Both the position numbers and the translations under genes were made by a program. A model generated the notes under the pieces. The model ran no database searches. It worked only from the letters and a program-made list of their open reading frames with translations, and was not told the origin of the DNA. DNA of 64,000 bases from Actinomycetes bacterium (GTDB lineage Bacteria > Actinomycetota > Actinomycetes > Mycobacteriales > Mycobacteriaceae), in the NCBI GenBank assembly GCA_023432405.1, contig JAEYUQ010000010.1:39775-103774 (forward strand). The letters are read 5' to 3'. Every line of letters starts with the position of its first letter. The stretch's first letter is position 1. Shown here one piece after another: positions 61,170 to 64,000 of this stretch.

Positions 61170-61973
61170 TTAGACCTCTTCCTGTCCTATCCCGGCCATA
61201 GTCAGGATGTGCTCCCGGTTATCTCCGCTAACTAAATCCGCCGCTTCAGCAGCATCAGTTGGGCCTGCAAGCCCAAAAGAGGGACAATCCGCAGCCAGCG
61301 GACAGGCTCCGCAGGCGGCTCGCCGCGCATGGCACACTCTACGTCCGTGGAAAATAATGCGGTGAGAAAACATGGTCCATTCCTGTCGAGGAATGAGCTT
61401 CGCCACATCAGCCTCAATGGTGACGGGATCCTTACTCTCTGTGAGATACATTCGCTGAGTCAGGCGAGAAAAGTGAGTATCGACGGTTAAACCTGGGTAT
61501 CCGAAGGCATTGCCACGCACCACATTTGCAGTTTTACGGCCCACACCAGGCAAGGTCACCAGATCCTCTAGTTTCTCGGGAATAACTCCCTCAAAACGCG
61601 CAACCACAGCCTCTGCCATGCCGATGACATTGGTGGCCTTGTTTCGGTAGAAGCCGGTGGAATGAATGAGCTGTTCCACATCTGACTGGCGCGCCTGCGC
61701 CAAGTCCGCAACAGTGGGGTACACCGCGAAAAGCCCTGGTGTCACCTGGTTTACACGTGCGTCCGTACACTGAGCAGACAAAATAGTGGCCACAATGAGT
61801 TCATAGGCGTTGCGATGGTTGAGCTCACAGTGAGCATCAGGATGAAGCGCCGTCAGAGTCTCTGACAATCGACGGGCACGGCGTTTCAAAGCAATCGGTG
61901 TCTCTGCTCCATGAAGAGCCTTGTGCTTGCCCACCGCAGGACGGGTGGCAGGAGTAGTAAACCGAGTGCGCAT
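61170..61973 (-). CDS. nth: Endonuclease III
   Basis: LSAQCTD, LPGVGRKTA HhH, VDTH and C-terminal 4Fe-4S Cys. Confidence 0.96.
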   Translation of the reverse strand: MRTRFTTPATRPAVGKHKALHGAETPIALKRRARRLSETLTALHPDAHCELNHRNAYELIVATILSAQCTDARVNQVTPGLFAVYPTVADLAQARQSDVEQLIHSTGFYRNKATNVIGMAEAVVARFEGVIPEKLEDLVTLPGVGRKTANVVRGNAFGYPGLTVDTHFSRLTQRMYLTESKDPVTIEADVAKLIPRQEWTMFSHRIIFHGRRVCHARRAACGACPLAADCPSFGLAGPTDAAEAADLVSGDNREHILTMAGIGQEEV

Positions 61974-62046
61974 TCTTCCACCTTACGTTCCTGCAGCCTC
62001 CACCCTCCAGACAGGCAAGAAACGATGAGGGTTAGTATCTCAGGTT

Positions 62047-62136
62047 ATGACTGTGCTCTGCGTTGTCCTCGTCCCGGTTGCCCTCTTCCTCTTCCCTCTC
62101 CTCATGGAAAAGCTGGAACACTGCCTTTTGCCCTAG
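62047..62136 (+). CDS. Putative 29 aa membrane peptide
   Basis: Manual translation MTVLCVVLVPVALFLFPLLMEKLEHCLLP; sits between nth and glxR, where small membrane genes occur in Corynebacteriales. Confidence 0.6.
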   Translation: MTVLCVVLVPVALFLFPLLMEKLEHCLLP

Positions 62137-62230
62137 AACACAGCAACGCCGGTGTGGAACGCCTGGAACACAGCCTCGCCCGCGTGGAGCGCCACCGCGC
62201 CCAGCATGGTAAATCTTTGATATTTCGCCC

Positions 62231-62254
62231 TTAATGTGTCCTTGAACACATTAA
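62231..62254. promoter_or_regulatory. GlxR-like operator upstream of glxR (autoregulation)
   Basis: TTAATGTGT-CCTTGA-ACACATTAA, 9 bp perfect arms; core is 8/10 to TGTGA-N6-TCACA. Confidence 0.65.
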
Positions 62255-62353
62255 AAATGTCTAGAGTATGAAACAAAGTTCAGTAACTCGTGTGGAGCTC
62301 CTGCGGTACACAGCCCTGCAACAGCCAGGAACACCGCGCTGCACGATGAGTAG

Positions 62354-63079
62354 ATGGAAGGCATCACCGTGTCCAACAGTAAGGGTGTCCAAGCAGAAAA
62401 CATCCCAGAAATCCTCTCACGGGCTGGCATCTTCCAGGGCGTGAGCTCCATAGCCGTCAGTAACCTCATTCGGGATTTGGAGATTGTTCAGTTCCCGCGT
62501 GGCGCCACAGTGTTTGAAGAGGGAGAACCCGGAGACCGCCTCTACATCATCATTTCTGGCAAAGTGAAGCTGGCTCGCCATTCCGGGGATGACCGCGAAA
62601 ACCTCCTCACCGTGATGGGCCCCTCGGATATGTTCGGTGAGCTTTCCATCTTTGACCCAGGTCCGCGTACTTCATCGGCTGTGTGCGTCACTGAGGTACG
62701 TGCCGCCACGATGGACTCCGCTCAACTGCACAGATGGATTGAGGACCATCCAGAAATCTCCACCCAGCTGCTCTGCCTTCTTGCTAGGCGCCTTCGGCGC
62801 ACCAATGCTTCTTTGGCAGACCTCATCTTCACAGATGTTCCGGGGCGGGTGGCGAAAACTCTCCTACGCCTTGCGAACCGCTTTGGCGTTCCCGAAGGCA
62901 ACACAGTGAGAGTAAACCATGACCTCACCCAAGAGGAGATTGCACAGCTGGTGGGGGCATCCCGTGAAACGGTGAACAAAGCTTTAGCCAGTTTCCAGGA
63001 ACGCAAGTGGGTTCACCTTGGTCAGGGCAAGTCCATCCTCATTCTGGACACCAAACATCTAGCGCGCCGAGCACGCTAG
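62354..63079 (+). CDS. glxR: cAMP-dependent CRP-family regulator
   Basis: [16 protein letters not shown] and [21 protein letters not shown]. Confidence 0.95.
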   Translation: MEGITVSNSKGVQAENIPEILSRAGIFQGVSSIAVSNLIRDLEIVQFPRGATVFEEGEPGDRLYIIISGKVKLARHSGDDRENLLTVMGPSDMFGELSIFDPGPRTSSAVCVTEVRAATMDSAQLHRWIEDHPEISTQLLCLLARRLRRTNASLADLIFTDVPGRVAKTLLRLANRFGVPEGNTVRVNHDLTQEEIAQLVGASRETVNKALASFQERKWVHLGQGKSILILDTKHLARRAR

Positions 63080-63182
63080 GAAAAGGGTGATTGCGCACGC
63101 AACGACAGTTCTAGGACGCGCTCCTAGGAACGAGGCGCCCCGACAAACGGCGATGAATGGCTTGTCCTTAAACAGCTCTGTA

Positions 63183-63995
63183 TCAATCCTGCGTGGCTAA
63201 ATACCGCAAGGCCACTCGGGTGGATTGCTCTGCCGCGTGGCGAAGCACAGGGTCAACATCGTCATACATTTCATCCACAAGATCTTTGAGCTCGATGTCC
63301 CTGCCCTTCTTCTCCCAGACAGCTTTAATCTGATCGAGCCTGTAACGACGTCGTTCTAGGTACTTTTCTGCCAAGTCAGCGGTATCCTCGTGCTCTGGAC
63401 CGTGCCCAGGGAGAAGTGCAATCCCCTGACCTCGCTTCTTGAGCAGCTCCAGGCTATCCAAGTACTGCCCCAAATCCCCGGAGGTCTCGGAAATCATGCT
63501 GGTGTGACGCCCCACGATGGTGTCACCCGTAGCAATACCTTCCAGGGTGGATTCCCCAGGCGTTCCACTCCAGATGAAGTAGCACACACTATCTGCCGTA
63601 TGCCCTGGGGTGGCCACGACCTCGATCTGCGCAGACACCCCTTCCACGGAAATAATTTCCCCATCACTCAGTGCGGGAGCGTCGATGCAGTATGCAGGAG
63701 ACAGTTCCCGTACTGGGGCGCCTGTGAGCTGGTGAAACCTTGTAGCGCCATCAGCGTGATCGTGATGATGGTGGGTCAGCAGAATAAGTGCCACCTCGGA
63801 TGCCTTGGTGTTGAGCACGTTGAGGTTGCCTTCATCCTCGGGGCCTGGATCTATCACAATGCTACGAGGATCTCCTGGAGCTCGAACCACCCAGGAATTT
63901 GTGCCCTCTAGGGAGGAATATCCAGGGTTGGGGGCTATAACTACACCCACAGAATCAGAGACAGGACGGAGCTGAGCATAGGCAGGATACTGCAT
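63183..63995 (-). CDS. MBL-fold metallo-hydrolase
   Basis: THHHHDHADG, TPGHT, GD and PGHG. Confidence 0.9.
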   Translation of the reverse strand: MQYPAYAQLRPVSDSVGVVIAPNPGYSSLEGTNSWVVRAPGDPRSIVIDPGPEDEGNLNVLNTKASEVALILLTHHHHDHADGATRFHQLTGAPVRELSPAYCIDAPALSDGEIISVEGVSAQIEVVATPGHTADSVCYFIWSGTPGESTLEGIATGDTIVGRHTSMISETSGDLGQYLDSLELLKKRGQGIALLPGHGPEHEDTADLAEKYLERRRYRLDQIKAVWEKKGRDIELKDLVDEMYDDVDPVLRHAAEQSTRVALRYLATQD

Positions 63996-64000
63996 GGGTT

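Overview
Core chromosomal region of a Corynebacterium (Corynebacteriales). Gene order follows the conserved actinobacterial backbone: hemB/hemD/hemC/hemA, bS22, proC, ppx, senX3-regX3, gpmA, mshA, fadD, murB, sdhCAB, lpdA, tRNA-Thr(CGT), holB, adenylate cyclase, topA, cspA, DUF1998 helicase, the ssd-tad (Flp pilus) locus, 6C RNA, marP, nth and glxR. Accessory elements are a complete 3-hydroxybenzoate/gentisate catabolic cluster with GenR operators, a lone flippase plus HNH-endonuclease gene next to the tRNA, and two orphan ORFs. The most striking signal is not a gene. A dispersed motif, core TTCCCCAC/GTGGGGAA with extended consensus about AAWWTTCCCCACCCGGG, occurs at least 56 times by hand count, against about 2-3 expected. 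It lies mostly inside coding sequences, forms palindromes in both junction orientations and hugs stop codons as inverted pairs. This resembles a DNA-uptake-sequence-like or chromosome-wide protein-binding signal, and I do not recognise one as described for corynebacteria. All counts are by eye; no database searches were run.
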